From NCBI GenBank assembly GCA_938041455.1, contig CALITO010000008.1, positions 206,319-270,318 of the forward strand: DNA of 64,000 bases, written 5' to 3'. The translations under genes were made by a program, and so were the position numbers. Below are positions 10,290 through 19,070 of the stretch, one piece after another (position 1 is the stretch's first letter; every line of letters starts with the position of its first letter). A model generated the notes under the pieces. It worked only from the letters and a program-made list of their open reading frames with translations. It was not told the DNA's origin and did not search any database. Origin of the DNA: an uncultured bacterium (GTDB lineage Bacteria; Armatimonadota; JACIXR01).

Positions 10290-10923
10290 ACAGAACTACC
10301 TGATTGGAAAGGACAAGGGATAGATTCTTGGCCTTCGCTACCTGGGCTATGGCTTTGTCTACCGCCTGCTTTATATATGGGGTTACATCCTCATTCTCCT
10401 TCACAGTTATACCCAACTTTGCGAGTTTGTCCTTGATGTCTTTTTCCATCTTAGTGGTTAGTTCATCTCTCTTCTTATTCAGCTGGTCTTGATACTCCTT
10501 GACGATAGTATTTATATCGATGTCCGCGGCACTCCTTAATCCTTGAAGTTCGGAGAGTCTCTGCTTCTGGGTATCCGTAAGGTTTTGTTGATTTTCTAAT
10601 TCCTGTAATTCCCTTTGCCTACCTGCGGCGAGATTCTCCAACTCTTCCAATCTCTTCCTCTCGCTTTCCGTTAAAGTGGTCTTTGCTATCAGCCCTTTGA
10701 ATTCAGCTCTCTCTTGGGAAGTAAGCATATAGTTGCTCAGGTGGCGATTTATGATTAGTTGGAGCTCATTCGCTAACTCCTGGTACTGCCTTTGGAGTTC
10801 CTGCGCGTTAGTGAAGGTGTTGAGAACCTGCTCCAAATCCACATAACCTATGCCTTCTGCCTTTGCTATGGGGAGAAACCAGGCGAGGTCAAAAAGCAAA
10901 GTCAGGATACACAATTTTCTCAC
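10240..10923 (-). CDS. OmpH/Skp family periplasmic chaperone
   Basis: Signal peptide, 'IGYVDLEQV' N-terminus, 'AIAQVAKAKNLSLVL....[17 protein letters not shown]' C-terminus, long coiled coil. Confidence 0.85.
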   Translation of the reverse strand: MRKLCILTLLFDLAWFLPIAKAEGIGYVDLEQVLNTFTNAQELQRQYQELANELQLIINRHLSNYMLTSQERAEFKGLIAKTTLTESERKRLEELENLAAGRQRELQELENQQNLTDTQKQRLSELQGLRSAADIDINTIVKEYQDQLNKKRDELTTKMEKDIKDKLAKLGITVKENEDVTPYIKQAVDKAIAQVAKAKNLSLVLSNQVVLFGGVDITAEVIKAINK

Positions 10924-10959
10924 TTACATTTCACCTATCCTCTCTTTTTGATTTATCTA

Positions 10960-10988
10960 ATTTTAATAAGCATTTATTTAGACAGCAA
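10960..10988 (-). promoter_or_regulatory. Putative sigma70 promoter for the ompH-lpx operon
   Basis: Minus strand TTGCTG-17 nt-TAAAAT upstream of ompH. Confidence 0.55.
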
Positions 10989-11001
10989 ATTTTTTTAAAT
11001 G

Positions 11002-12117
11002 TTACTCTTCCCTCCCCGGGGTAGGAAGTCTGAAGCGCCTGATGACGAGGCGGAAAGTTGTATAATAGATTAGGAAATAAAGAAGCCCCGAAAGCAGGAG
11101 GAGCCAGGGCTTCTTAGCAAGACCCAGGTTGAGGCAGAAATCTATCAACCCAGCGGAAAAGCTGAACCCACTTTTAGCACCCATAAGATGGGTGAGGACA
11201 AGAGACGAACCTGTCAACACCGAGTGAAGGACAAACAACTGAGGAGCAAGGAACATAAACGAGAACTCTATTGGTTCTGTAACCCCTGTGATGATGGAAG
11301 TTAAAGCAGCGGAAAGAAGTATTCCTCCTACGAGTAATTTTCGTTCTTGCTTCGCTTCTTGATACATAGCAAGACAAACAGCGGGAAGAGCAAAGAGCAT
11401 TATGGGATAGAAACCTGCCATAAAGCTTCCCGCTGTGGGGTCGCCGGCAAAGAAACGCCCCATATCCCCGTGGTAGACCTTACCACTCACTTCGTAACTG
11501 CCGAATGTGAACCAAACTAAGCTATTTATTATATGATGCAGTCCAAAGGGTATGAGAAACCTGTTCATAGTTCCGTAGATAAAAAGCCCTACTCCACCTG
11601 ATTTCACCATCCACTCTCCAAATCTTTCCATCCCGCTCTGTATAGGAAGCCAGATGTATCCGCAAGCGAGCCCCAAGAAAAGGGCAAGGAAGGCAGAGAT
11701 AAGAGGAGGGAATCGCCTCCCTCCAAAAAAGGCGAGGAAAGGAGGGAGTTTCACCTCGTGAAATCTTTCGTAAAGATAAGCAGTAAATAGCCCTACGAGA
11801 ATGCCCCCTAATACGCCCATATCTATTTCCTCGTTTATCTGTTTAAGCGTGGCGGAGAAAACAAGATAGGCAACGAGGGCAGAAAGCCCAGCTATTCCCG
11901 CCTGGGAAGTAAAGCCGATGGCTACCCCTACCGCAAAAAGCAGGGGAAGCGCGTCAAAGATGGCTTTCCCTGCCTGGTTCATAATAGGGATATCCAAGAT
12001 ATCCTTAGCTCCCAGGCGAAGTAGCAGGGCAGCTGCAGGGAGAACCGCTATGGGAACTAAAAGGGAAGTTCCTACCCTCTGCAAAAGAGCAAGAAGACGG
12101 GATAACATTCCTTGCAC
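11002..12117 (-). CDS. PTS glucose/N-acetylglucosamine-family EIIC component, stand-alone (NagE-like)
   Basis: 'LQRVG.SLLVPIAVLPAAALL', 'FFGGRRF', 'PFGLHHIIN', 'GVTEPIEFSFMFLAP'; ends at 'TPGREE' with no EIIB domain. Confidence 0.9.
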   Translation of the reverse strand: MQGMLSRLLALLQRVGTSLLVPIAVLPAAALLLRLGAKDILDIPIMNQAGKAIFDALPLLFAVGVAIGFTSQAGIAGLSALVAYLVFSATLKQINEEIDMGVLGGILVGLFTAYLYERFHEVKLPPFLAFFGGRRFPPLISAFLALFLGLACGYIWLPIQSGMERFGEWMVKSGGVGLFIYGTMNRFLIPFGLHHIINSLVWFTFGSYEVSGKVYHGDMGRFFAGDPTAGSFMAGFYPIMLFALPAVCLAMYQEAKQERKLLVGGILLSAALTSIITGVTEPIEFSFMFLAPQLFVLHSVLTGSSLVLTHLMGAKSGFSFSAGLIDFCLNLGLAKKPWLLLLSGLLYFLIYYTTFRLVIRRFRLPTPGREE

Positions 12118-12136
12118 CTCGTTTTTTTCAAATCTC

Positions 12137-14803
12137 TCAATTTGAAGTGTGGCTCAATCTATCTAAGGCTTCCTTCGCCTTCTCATTTTGAGGGGATACA
12201 CTTAAAATCCTCTCATAGGTTGCCTTAGCTTTCTCCTTGTCGTTCCTCTCCTCGTAAAGATTGGCCAAGAAAAAGAGGACTTCAAGATTCATAGGATTTC
12301 TTTGGGAGAATTGCTCAAGCGAATCTATGGCTTGTTCAATGCTACCCTGTTCTCTAAGGAGGTCGGCGAGTCCCAGGAGAGCAACGGAACTATCTGGCTC
12401 TTTTCTCAATATTTCCTCGTATTGCTCTCTCGCCTTCTCCTTGTCTCCTGCCTTCGCCAAAGCAGAAGCCAACTTCAACTTATAATATGTTCTCTCTGGG
12501 GCAAGGTTTACCAATTTTTCATAGGCTTCCACTTCCTGCCTAACCTCTCCTTTTGCCTCCCAGATAAGAGCCAGATATCTCCAAGCAATTTCGTCCTCTT
12601 TTTGCCTCTCCACTAATTTGCGAAATACATCAAGTGCTTTATCCAGGTATTCGCCTTTGTGGAAGTTTTCCCAGGACAAAAGCTTTCCTAACTCCTCCTC
12701 AAAAAGGGGAACTGGCTCCTTCTCTAACTTTCCCTCCAGATAGGATATGCATTCACTGAGGGTTCCTGCTCCTTGGCAAAGGCTTATATACGCCCTTAGA
12801 GCTGCTCCATTTTGGAGTTGCTCCTCTATAAGGCTCTTCAAGAAGTAAGAAGTGGGAGCAAATTGTTTCGTGCGGAGTGCGAAGTTAACAAGGCTGTTAT
12901 AAGCTTCCTGGTTTTGAGGATAGGAGGTGATGAACCCTCTATAAAGCGCTAACGCCTGAGAGATTTTCCCCTGTTGCTCGAGGAGAGAAACCATTCTGTT
13001 TAAGGTCCATAGATTTTGGGGTTCTAGTTGTCTGAGCTTTTCATACACCGCGATTGCCTCATCGTATATCTTATTCTTCTCCAGCGTTTGAGCAAGGCGA
13101 GATAGCACCGCTACATCATCCGGGTACCGCTCCGCTATCTTTCTCATCTCCGTTAATGCTTCTTCTGGCCTACCCAATTGTTCCAAAAGGCGAGGTATAT
13201 TGAGAAGATAAAAGGGACCATTAGTTGATTTTTCCAACTCCCTATAACAGGATAGAGCACCTACAAGGTCTTTGCTCTTCTCCAAAAGTAGGGCTTTACG
13301 ATAGATAACCTCGCTGTTATTAGGTGCTACTTTGAGCGCGGCGTCGTATTCCTCCAAAGCCAACTGGGTTTTCCCTTCTCCTTCGTAAATCTGCCCTATC
13401 AAAAGGTAGGGTTGCACCGATTTCTTATCCACTTCCTTGGCCTTTTGATACCTCTCTATTGCTAAATCGGTTTTACCTTCTTCCTGAAGAAACTTGCCTA
13501 TCTCCAGAAGCGGCGTGATATCCTTGGGGTGTCTTTGTAGATAATCCTCATAAGTTTTTATAAAACCCTCTTTATCTCCCTTCTTCTTTTTTAGCTCTGC
13601 GATGCTCCTATATAGTTCAAAATCCTCAGGCATTACCTCCAAAGCTTTTCTATATTCCTCTAGCGCTTCGTCTAACTTCCCCTGGCGCTCTAACAGGGAA
13701 GCAATTCTTTGATAGGCAGTTATGTCCTTTGAATTAATAGAAAGGATTTGGCGATAACAAGCGATTGCTTCCTCCGACTTATTCTGTAACTCCAATAGAT
13801 AAGCTTTATCATAGAGGAACTTGGATTCTTTAGGGAAAAGTTCTATGCTCTTTTGATAAATTTCCTCCGCTTGCTTTATCTGTCCTTGCTGAATGAGACA
13901 AAAAGCGAGATTTTCCATTGCTTGTTGATTTTTAGGGTCCAGTTTCAATGTGTCCTCAAAAGCCTTTCCTGCTTCTTTAAAGTTGCCCTGTTGTAAGAGG
14001 CAAACTCCAAAATTGAAGTGGAAGGCAGGATTCCTTGGTTCCATCTTGACCAATTCTCGCCATAGTTTCTCCGCTTCCTTTAAATCACCACTTTGCTGTG
14101 TAGTTATGGCGAGGTGAAAGAGGAGCGTTCTATCCTTCGGCTTGTATTGGAGAGCCTTTTTAAGGTAAGGGATAGCTTCTTTTGCTTTCCCTTCAGCGAT
14201 GAGGACCTCGCTGAGTCCCAGGTAAGCGGGTATGTAATCGGCCTGGCGGGATATGGCTTTCTTAAAATAGTCCGAAGCTTGGGCGACCCTACCCTGTTGC
14301 AAGGAAACCAGCCCTAAATTAAAGGGGGGAATAGCGCTATTTGGCATCAACTGCTCTGCTTTTTTGAAATTATTCTCCGCTTCCTTCCAATTCTCCTCGT
14401 AAGCATAAACCGCTCCGAGATTAAGGTAAGCCTCAGCATTTTTGCCATCCAAGGAAATGGCTTTCTTTAGATATTCTTTCGCTTGTCTGAGGTCTTTCCG
14501 TTGTAGGTAAAGCAGCCCGAGCTTGGTATTAGCGAAACTATTATCCGGGTCAAGTGAAATCGCCTTCTTAAAGCTCGTTTCCGCCTCGTTTAACTTCCCT
14601 TTGTTCATATAAAGTAGTCCCATATTTATGTAGGCAGGTGGGGTATCGGGCGCTATTTTCAAAATTTCCTGATATTTCTGGATGGCTAAATCTATCTTGC
14701 CTTGTTCTGTCAGAGTGATGGCTTCTTGGAAAAGCGCCTTCGGGTCCTTCTCAGAAAAGAGAAGCAAGGGAAGGAAAAGAAGGAGGCAAAATAACTTCTT
14801 CAT
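12137..14803 (-). CDS. Exported tetratricopeptide-repeat protein
   Basis: Signal peptide followed by roughly 20 tandem 34-aa TPR units (A..NLG..Y...G...EA...FKKA..LDP). Confidence 0.9.
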   Translation of the reverse strand: MKKLFCLLLFLPLLLFSEKDPKALFQEAITLTEQGKIDLAIQKYQEILKIAPDTPPAYINMGLLYMNKGKLNEAETSFKKAISLDPDNSFANTKLGLLYLQRKDLRQAKEYLKKAISLDGKNAEAYLNLGAVYAYEENWKEAENNFKKAEQLMPNSAIPPFNLGLVSLQQGRVAQASDYFKKAISRQADYIPAYLGLSEVLIAEGKAKEAIPYLKKALQYKPKDRTLLFHLAITTQQSGDLKEAEKLWRELVKMEPRNPAFHFNFGVCLLQQGNFKEAGKAFEDTLKLDPKNQQAMENLAFCLIQQGQIKQAEEIYQKSIELFPKESKFLYDKAYLLELQNKSEEAIACYRQILSINSKDITAYQRIASLLERQGKLDEALEEYRKALEVMPEDFELYRSIAELKKKKGDKEGFIKTYEDYLQRHPKDITPLLEIGKFLQEEGKTDLAIERYQKAKEVDKKSVQPYLLIGQIYEGEGKTQLALEEYDAALKVAPNNSEVIYRKALLLEKSKDLVGALSCYRELEKSTNGPFYLLNIPRLLEQLGRPEEALTEMRKIAERYPDDVAVLSRLAQTLEKNKIYDEAIAVYEKLRQLEPQNLWTLNRMVSLLEQQGKISQALALYRGFITSYPQNQEAYNSLVNFALRTKQFAPTSYFLKSLIEEQLQNGAALRAYISLCQGAGTLSECISYLEGKLEKEPVPLFEEELGKLLSWENFHKGEYLDKALDVFRKLVERQKEDEIAWRYLALIWEAKGEVRQEVEAYEKLVNLAPERTYYKLKLASALAKAGDKEKAREQYEEILRKEPDSSVALLGLADLLREQGSIEQAIDSLEQFSQRNPMNLEVLFFLANLYEERNDKEKAKATYERILSVSPQNEKAKEALDRLSHTSN

Positions 14804-15189
14804 TTCTCTCCCTTTTTATAAACCTCTTCAGGGGAGAATACCTTGATTCCTTGTATTTCCAATTTATCCCCTCTTAAGATCCTATGGAAACAACTTTTAT
14901 AACCTGTGTGACAAACCGCGGGAGGAGCTTCCACTCTCAAAAGGATGGTATCGCCGTCGCAGTCGAGCCAAATTTCTTTTACCCTCAAGAAGTTCCCCGA
15001 TGTCTCCCCTTTTACCCATAGTTTCTGCCTGGAACGGCTATAGAAGCAAGCTATTTTATCCTCCACTGTCTTCCTAAGCGCTTCCTCGGTCATATAAGCC
15101 ACCATCAAAACCTCGCCCGTTTTCTCATCTTGAACCACAACGGGCACCAGCCCCTCAGCATCAAATTTCACCTCCTTGATCCACTCCAT
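14800..15189 (-). CDS. hisI: Phosphoribosyl-AMP cyclohydrolase
   Basis: 'GLVPVVVQD', 'YSRSR..LW.KGETSG', 'DCDGD', 'CHTG..SCF'. Confidence 0.96.
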   Translation of the reverse strand: MEWIKEVKFDAEGLVPVVVQDEKTGEVLMVAYMTEEALRKTVEDKIACFYSRSRQKLWVKGETSGNFLRVKEIWLDCDGDTILLRVEAPPAVCHTGYKSCFHRILRGDKLEIQGIKVFSPEEVYKKGEK

Positions 15190-15193
15190 TTTC

Positions 15194-15964
15194 TTACTCT
15201 TCCTTGAGAAGGCGCACAGGGATTCCCCTAGTGGAAAGGTATTCCTTGATTTCCCCTATAGTATATTGGCGATAATGAACCATTGAGGCGACTAACGCGG
15301 CATCGGCCAAACCCACTGTGAGGGCTTCCTCTATATGCTGGAGAGTACCTGCTCCTCCCGAGGCTATCACAGGAATGGAAACTGATTCCGCTACCTTTCT
15401 TGTGAGTTCTATGTCATAGCCCATTTGGGTTCCGTCCCTATCTATACTGGTGAGGAGGATTTCCCCTGCTCCCAATTCCTCCACTTTTTTCGCCCATTCA
15501 ATCGCATCTAAGCCCGTGGGGGTTGTTCCTCCTTTAATGTAGACTTCCCAATTTGTAGGGGAGACCATTTTCGCATCTATGGCCACTACTATGCATTGGG
15601 CACCAAAATTTCGGGAAGCCTCTTTGATGAATTCTGGATTAGCCACTGCTGCAGTGTTTATTGATACTTTATCTGCACCTGCTTCCAAAAGTTTTCTTAT
15701 CTCTTCTATTGTTCTTATCCCTCCGCCGATGATGAAAGGGACGAAAACTTCCTCGGCACATCTCCTAGCAAGCTCAACCATTGTCCCTCTTTCCTCCAGT
15801 GAGGCACTGATATCAAGAAAGACGATTTCATCTGCTCCCTCTTTATCGTAGAAAGAAGCCAACTCAACAGGGTCGCCAGCATCTCTTAGATTTATGAAAT
15901 GTGTGCCTTTGACGACCCTCCCATCTTTCACATCCAAGCAGGGTATTATCCGTTTCACTAACAT
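15194..15964 (-). CDS. hisF: Imidazole glycerol phosphate synthase subunit HisF
   Basis: '[17 protein letters not shown]', '[12 protein letters not shown]', '[15 protein letters not shown]'. Confidence 0.97.
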   Translation of the reverse strand: MLVKRIIPCLDVKDGRVVKGTHFINLRDAGDPVELASFYDKEGADEIVFLDISASLEERGTMVELARRCAEEVFVPFIIGGGIRTIEEIRKLLEAGADKVSINTAAVANPEFIKEASRNFGAQCIVVAIDAKMVSPTNWEVYIKGGTTPTGLDAIEWAKKVEELGAGEILLTSIDRDGTQMGYDIELTRKVAESVSIPVIASGGAGTLQHIEEALTVGLADAALVASMVHYRQYTIGEIKEYLSTRGIPVRLLKEE

Positions 15965-15971
15965 AAAATAA

Positions 15972-16000
15972 ATTTTAGCAAGGCAAAGAACGATCGTAAA
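15972..16000 (-). promoter_or_regulatory. Putative extended -10 sigma70 promoter of hisF, probably leaderless
   Basis: Minus strand TTTACG-17 nt-TAAAAT with TG at the extended position; 7 nt from the -10 to the ATG; no SD. Confidence 0.55.
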
Positions 16001-16021
16001 GCATAAATTGAAGATTGGGAG

Positions 16022-16831
16022 TTATTGAGAGAGGACTCTCACCTGGTTTTTCGGGACAAGAAATCTGCCCTTTTCCTCTATCTCCACCACCACCGCTTCT
16101 CTTAAAGGATTTATTTCCACTACCCTTCCTCGCCCTTCAGGGGTTACTACAACCGTGCCGGGAGGGGGCAATTCTCCCTTGATTTTTTGATAAAAATCTA
16201 ACTCGAAAGCAAGGCAACACATCAATCGTCCACAGGAACCTGTATATTTGCTCGGGTTAGCAAACAAACCTTGTTCCCCTATCATCCTTATAGAGATGGA
16301 ACGGAAGGAATTGAGGAAGGAATAACAACATACAATCCTCCCACATGGTCCTAGTCCTCCGAACCGTTTAGCTTCATCCCTCGCTCCTATCTGGGTAAGT
16401 TCTATGCGCACTTTGAAGATACTTGCTAAAGATTTCACGAGAACTCGGAAGTCTACCCTTTCTTGTGCGCTGAAATAGAAGATAAGATGTGTCCCATCAA
16501 GAGTGTATTCCGCTCCCAAGAGTTTCATAGGGAGATTGTGTTTCTCGATCTCCTTTTCACATATCGGCAGAGTCTCTCGCGCTTTTTTCTCATTTTCTTG
16601 CCATACCGCGAGGTCTTCCAAGGTAGCTACCCTTAATATCTCCCCTTGAGGGGTTTTCTCTTCCGTCTCCCCATCACTTGAATTTTCTTCTATTATCTCT
16701 TCAACAACCCCGAGTTCCTCCCCACGAGGAGTCTTGACAACAACCTGACTCCCTTCCCTAATAGAGAGGTCCTTCGTCTCGCAGAGCAAGGTGCTCTCCG
16801 CTTTGCCATAGGAAACTATCGCTTTCGCCAT
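16022..16831 (-). CDS. ricT: PSP1-domain Fe-S regulatory protein RicT/YaaT
   Basis: 'RVDFRVLVK.LA..FK.RIEL.QIGARDEAK..GGLGPCGR..CC' and 'CGRLMCCL' motifs. Confidence 0.9.
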   Translation of the reverse strand: MAKAIVSYGKAESTLLCETKDLSIREGSQVVVKTPRGEELGVVEEIIEENSSDGETEEKTPQGEILRVATLEDLAVWQENEKKARETLPICEKEIEKHNLPMKLLGAEYTLDGTHLIFYFSAQERVDFRVLVKSLASIFKVRIELTQIGARDEAKRFGGLGPCGRIVCCYSFLNSFRSISIRMIGEQGLFANPSKYTGSCGRLMCCLAFELDFYQKIKGELPPPGTVVVTPEGRGRVVEINPLREAVVVEIEEKGRFLVPKNQVRVLSQ

Positions 16832-16843
16832 TTCCTCTATACT

Positions 16844-16872
16844 ATTTTAAATAGACTTTCCTGGAAGGTCAA
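16844..16872 (-). promoter_or_regulatory. Putative sigma70 promoter of ricT
   Basis: Minus strand TTGACC-17 nt-TAAAAT. Confidence 0.6.
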
Positions 16873-16895
16873 ACGCTACTTTGGTTTTCCTTTCT

Positions 16896-16923
16896 TTGTA
16901 TTTCCGTTTTCCGATGTTATAAT
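16896..16923 (+). promoter_or_regulatory. Putative sigma70 promoter of the FmdB-metG operon
   Basis: TTGTAT-16 nt-TATAAT with extended TG; GGAGGTG RBS downstream. Confidence 0.6.
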
Positions 16924-16955
16924 TTATCTATTAAAAAAGAGTCGGAGGTGAAAGA

Positions 16956-17174
16956 ATGCCCATATATGAATTCATTTGCAAACACTGTGGTTACACCTTT
17001 TCCACCCTTTGCAAAGTGGGGGAAGAGGTTCGCTGCCCCCGCTGCGGAGGGGAAACAAGAAGAGTTTTTTCCTCATTCGCTATAACTTCTAATAATTCCT
17101 CTCAGGGAACTACTTCCTCCTCCTCTCCTTGTTCTACTTGTTCCCTGTCTAGTTGTGCTACCTGCAAATTATGA
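16956..17174 (+). CDS. FmdB family zinc-ribbon protein
   Basis: 'MPIYEFICKHCG..F', 'CPRCGG', Ser-rich linker, C-terminal CxxC...CxxC; strong RBS. Confidence 0.9.
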   Translation: MPIYEFICKHCGYTFSTLCKVGEEVRCPRCGGETRRVFSSFAITSNNSSQGTTSSSSPCSTCSLSSCATCKL

Positions 17175-19070
17175 ATGGAGAAGATATTTTACATTACCAC
17201 ACCTATTTATTATGTTAATGATGTCCCTCATATAGGGTCTGCATATACCACTCTTGCCGCCGATATTCTTTCCCGCTATGTAAAGATGAAGGGGCGAGAG
17301 GTTTTCTTCGCCACGGGGACGGATGAAAACGCTCCCAAGGTGGCGGAGGCAGCAAAGGCAAGAGGTGAGGACCCCGCCAGCTTTTGTGAAAGGATGGCAG
17401 AGGAATTCAAGAAGGCCTGGTCTGGTCTGGGGATATCCTTTGATGCCTTCATAAGAACTACAGAGAAACACCACGCCGAGGTGGTGAAATATTTGGTTCA
17501 GGAACTCAAGGAAAAGGGGTGGATATACGAGGGCTATTATAATGGTTGGTATTGTATTTACGATGAAACTTATTTCCGGGAGGAAGAAGTAGAGAGGGGG
17601 TTATGTCCCAATCCCGAGTGTCAACGTCCTCTTCAACAGGTTTCGGAAAGGGGCTACTACTTCAAGCTTTCCGCTTTTGAAGAGCCCTTACTTTCTTTCC
17701 TTAGGGAGAGCAATAGCGTTTTGCCCGATTTTCGCCAGAGGGAAGTTCTCAACTTCGTCCTTGGTGGTTTAAGAGACATCTATATAACCCGCAAGAAAAA
17801 GGATTGGGGGATTCCTTTTCCCGGGGATGAAAAACTCCAAGTCTATGTTTGGGTTGATGCTCTGATAAATTATTTAACCGTAGCAGGTTTTCTCCAGGAT
17901 GAGGAGCTTTTTACCTCCTTATGGCCACCCGATGTGCAGTTTATGGGAAAGGATATCCTCGTCCGCTTTCACGCTACTCTTTGGCCGGCTATGCTTTTAG
18001 CTTTGGGGCTTCCCCTACCCAACCTCCTTTTCGGACATGGCTTCTTGACCGTAAAAGGGGAGAAGATGTCCAAAAGCAAAGGAAATGTCATCCATCCCCT
18101 CTCAGCGGTGGAGGAAATAATTCGCTTTTCCGGGTGCGAGAGGGCTTTCGCTAAGGACGCCCTTCGCTTCTATCTCTTTCGTTCCACTCCATTTGGGGCT
18201 GATGGCGATTTCTCCTATGAGGCTCTACGCGCCTGCTACAATGCAGACTTGGCTAATAATCTTGGCAATCTGGAGAATCGCTTAACCACTATGACGGATA
18301 GATATCTCAATGGCGAGGTCCCCCCTCCCCCCGAAAATGGTTACTCTCAAAGGGCGGAGGAGCTTCTTGCCAACTACCAACAAGCTATGGACAATCTTGC
18401 CTTCCATTCGGCAATTGGTGATGCTCTCTCCCTTCTTGATATGGCTAATAAGCACTTGGACAAAACGGCTCCCTGGCGGCTTTTTAAAGAGGGAAACATC
18501 CAAGCTATTCGCCGTTCTTTAGGAACGGCGATAGAACTTCTTCGTATATCCGCCATCTTGCTTCAGCCCTTCCTACCCTCCGCCTCCTCGGAAATTCTTT
18601 CCCGCCTAGGCTTCTCTCCCCCCTTACTTTTAAAAGATGCTAAATGGGGAGCCTTTACAAGGCAAGTAGAAGGGGTTAAAATTAAAAAAATGGCACCTAT
18701 ATTCCCTCGTATGGAGGAGGTGATAAAGATCTCAGCACAAGAGAAGGAAATAAGCATGGATGATTTCGCGAGGGTCGATCTAAGAGTAGGGAAGATAATC
18801 TCCTGTAAGGTGGTGGAGGGAACAGAAAAACTCTATCAGATGGAGGTTGACCTGGGAGAATTGGGAAAGAGGCGCACGGTTGCTGCGATAGCCCCTTACT
18901 ACACTCCGGGTGAACTTATAGGGAAAAGCGTTATCTTCGTCGCCAATCTCGCTCCCGCCAAGATAAGGGGATTGATATCAGAAGGAATGATTCTTGCAGT
19001 AGACGCCCCTAATAATGTTATAATCGTCACTCCCGAAAAGGAAGCTCCTCCCGGTTCCAAGGTTCGGTGA
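17175..19070 (+). CDS. metG: Methionine--tRNA ligase with C-terminal tRNA-binding domain
   Basis: 'FYITTPIYYVN..PHIGSAYTT', 'YVWVDALINY', KMSKS, C-terminal 'VDLRVGKI...NLAPAKIRGLISEGMIL'. Confidence 0.97.
   Translation: MEKIFYITTPIYYVNDVPHIGSAYTTLAADILSRYVKMKGREVFFATGTDENAPKVAEAAKARGEDPASFCERMAEEFKKAWSGLGISFDAFIRTTEKHHAEVVKYLVQELKEKGWIYEGYYNGWYCIYDETYFREEEVERGLCPNPECQRPLQQVSERGYYFKLSAFEEPLLSFLRESNSVLPDFRQREVLNFVLGGLRDIYITRKKKDWGIPFPGDEKLQVYVWVDALINYLTVAGFLQDEELFTSLWPPDVQFMGKDILVRFHATLWPAMLLALGLPLPNLLFGHGFLTVKGEKMSKSKGNVIHPLSAVEEIIRFSGCERAFAKDALRFYLFRSTPFGADGDFSYEALRACYNADLANNLGNLENRLTTMTDRYLNGEVPPPPENGYSQRAEELLANYQQAMDNLAFHSAIGDALSLLDMANKHLDKTAPWRLFKEGNIQAIRRSLGTAIELLRISAILLQPFLPSASSEILSRLGFSPPLLLKDAKWGAFTRQVEGVKIKKMAPIFPRMEEVIKISAQEKEISMDDFARVDLRVGKIISCKVVEGTEKLYQMEVDLGELGKRRTVAAIAPYYTPGELIGKSVIFVANLAPAKIRGLISEGMILAVDAPNNVIIVTPEKEAPPGSKVR

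Noticed and set aside
12137..14803. Repetitive character of the 888-aa gene
   Set aside because: Explained by protein-level TPR repeats; no exact DNA tandem repeats noticed.
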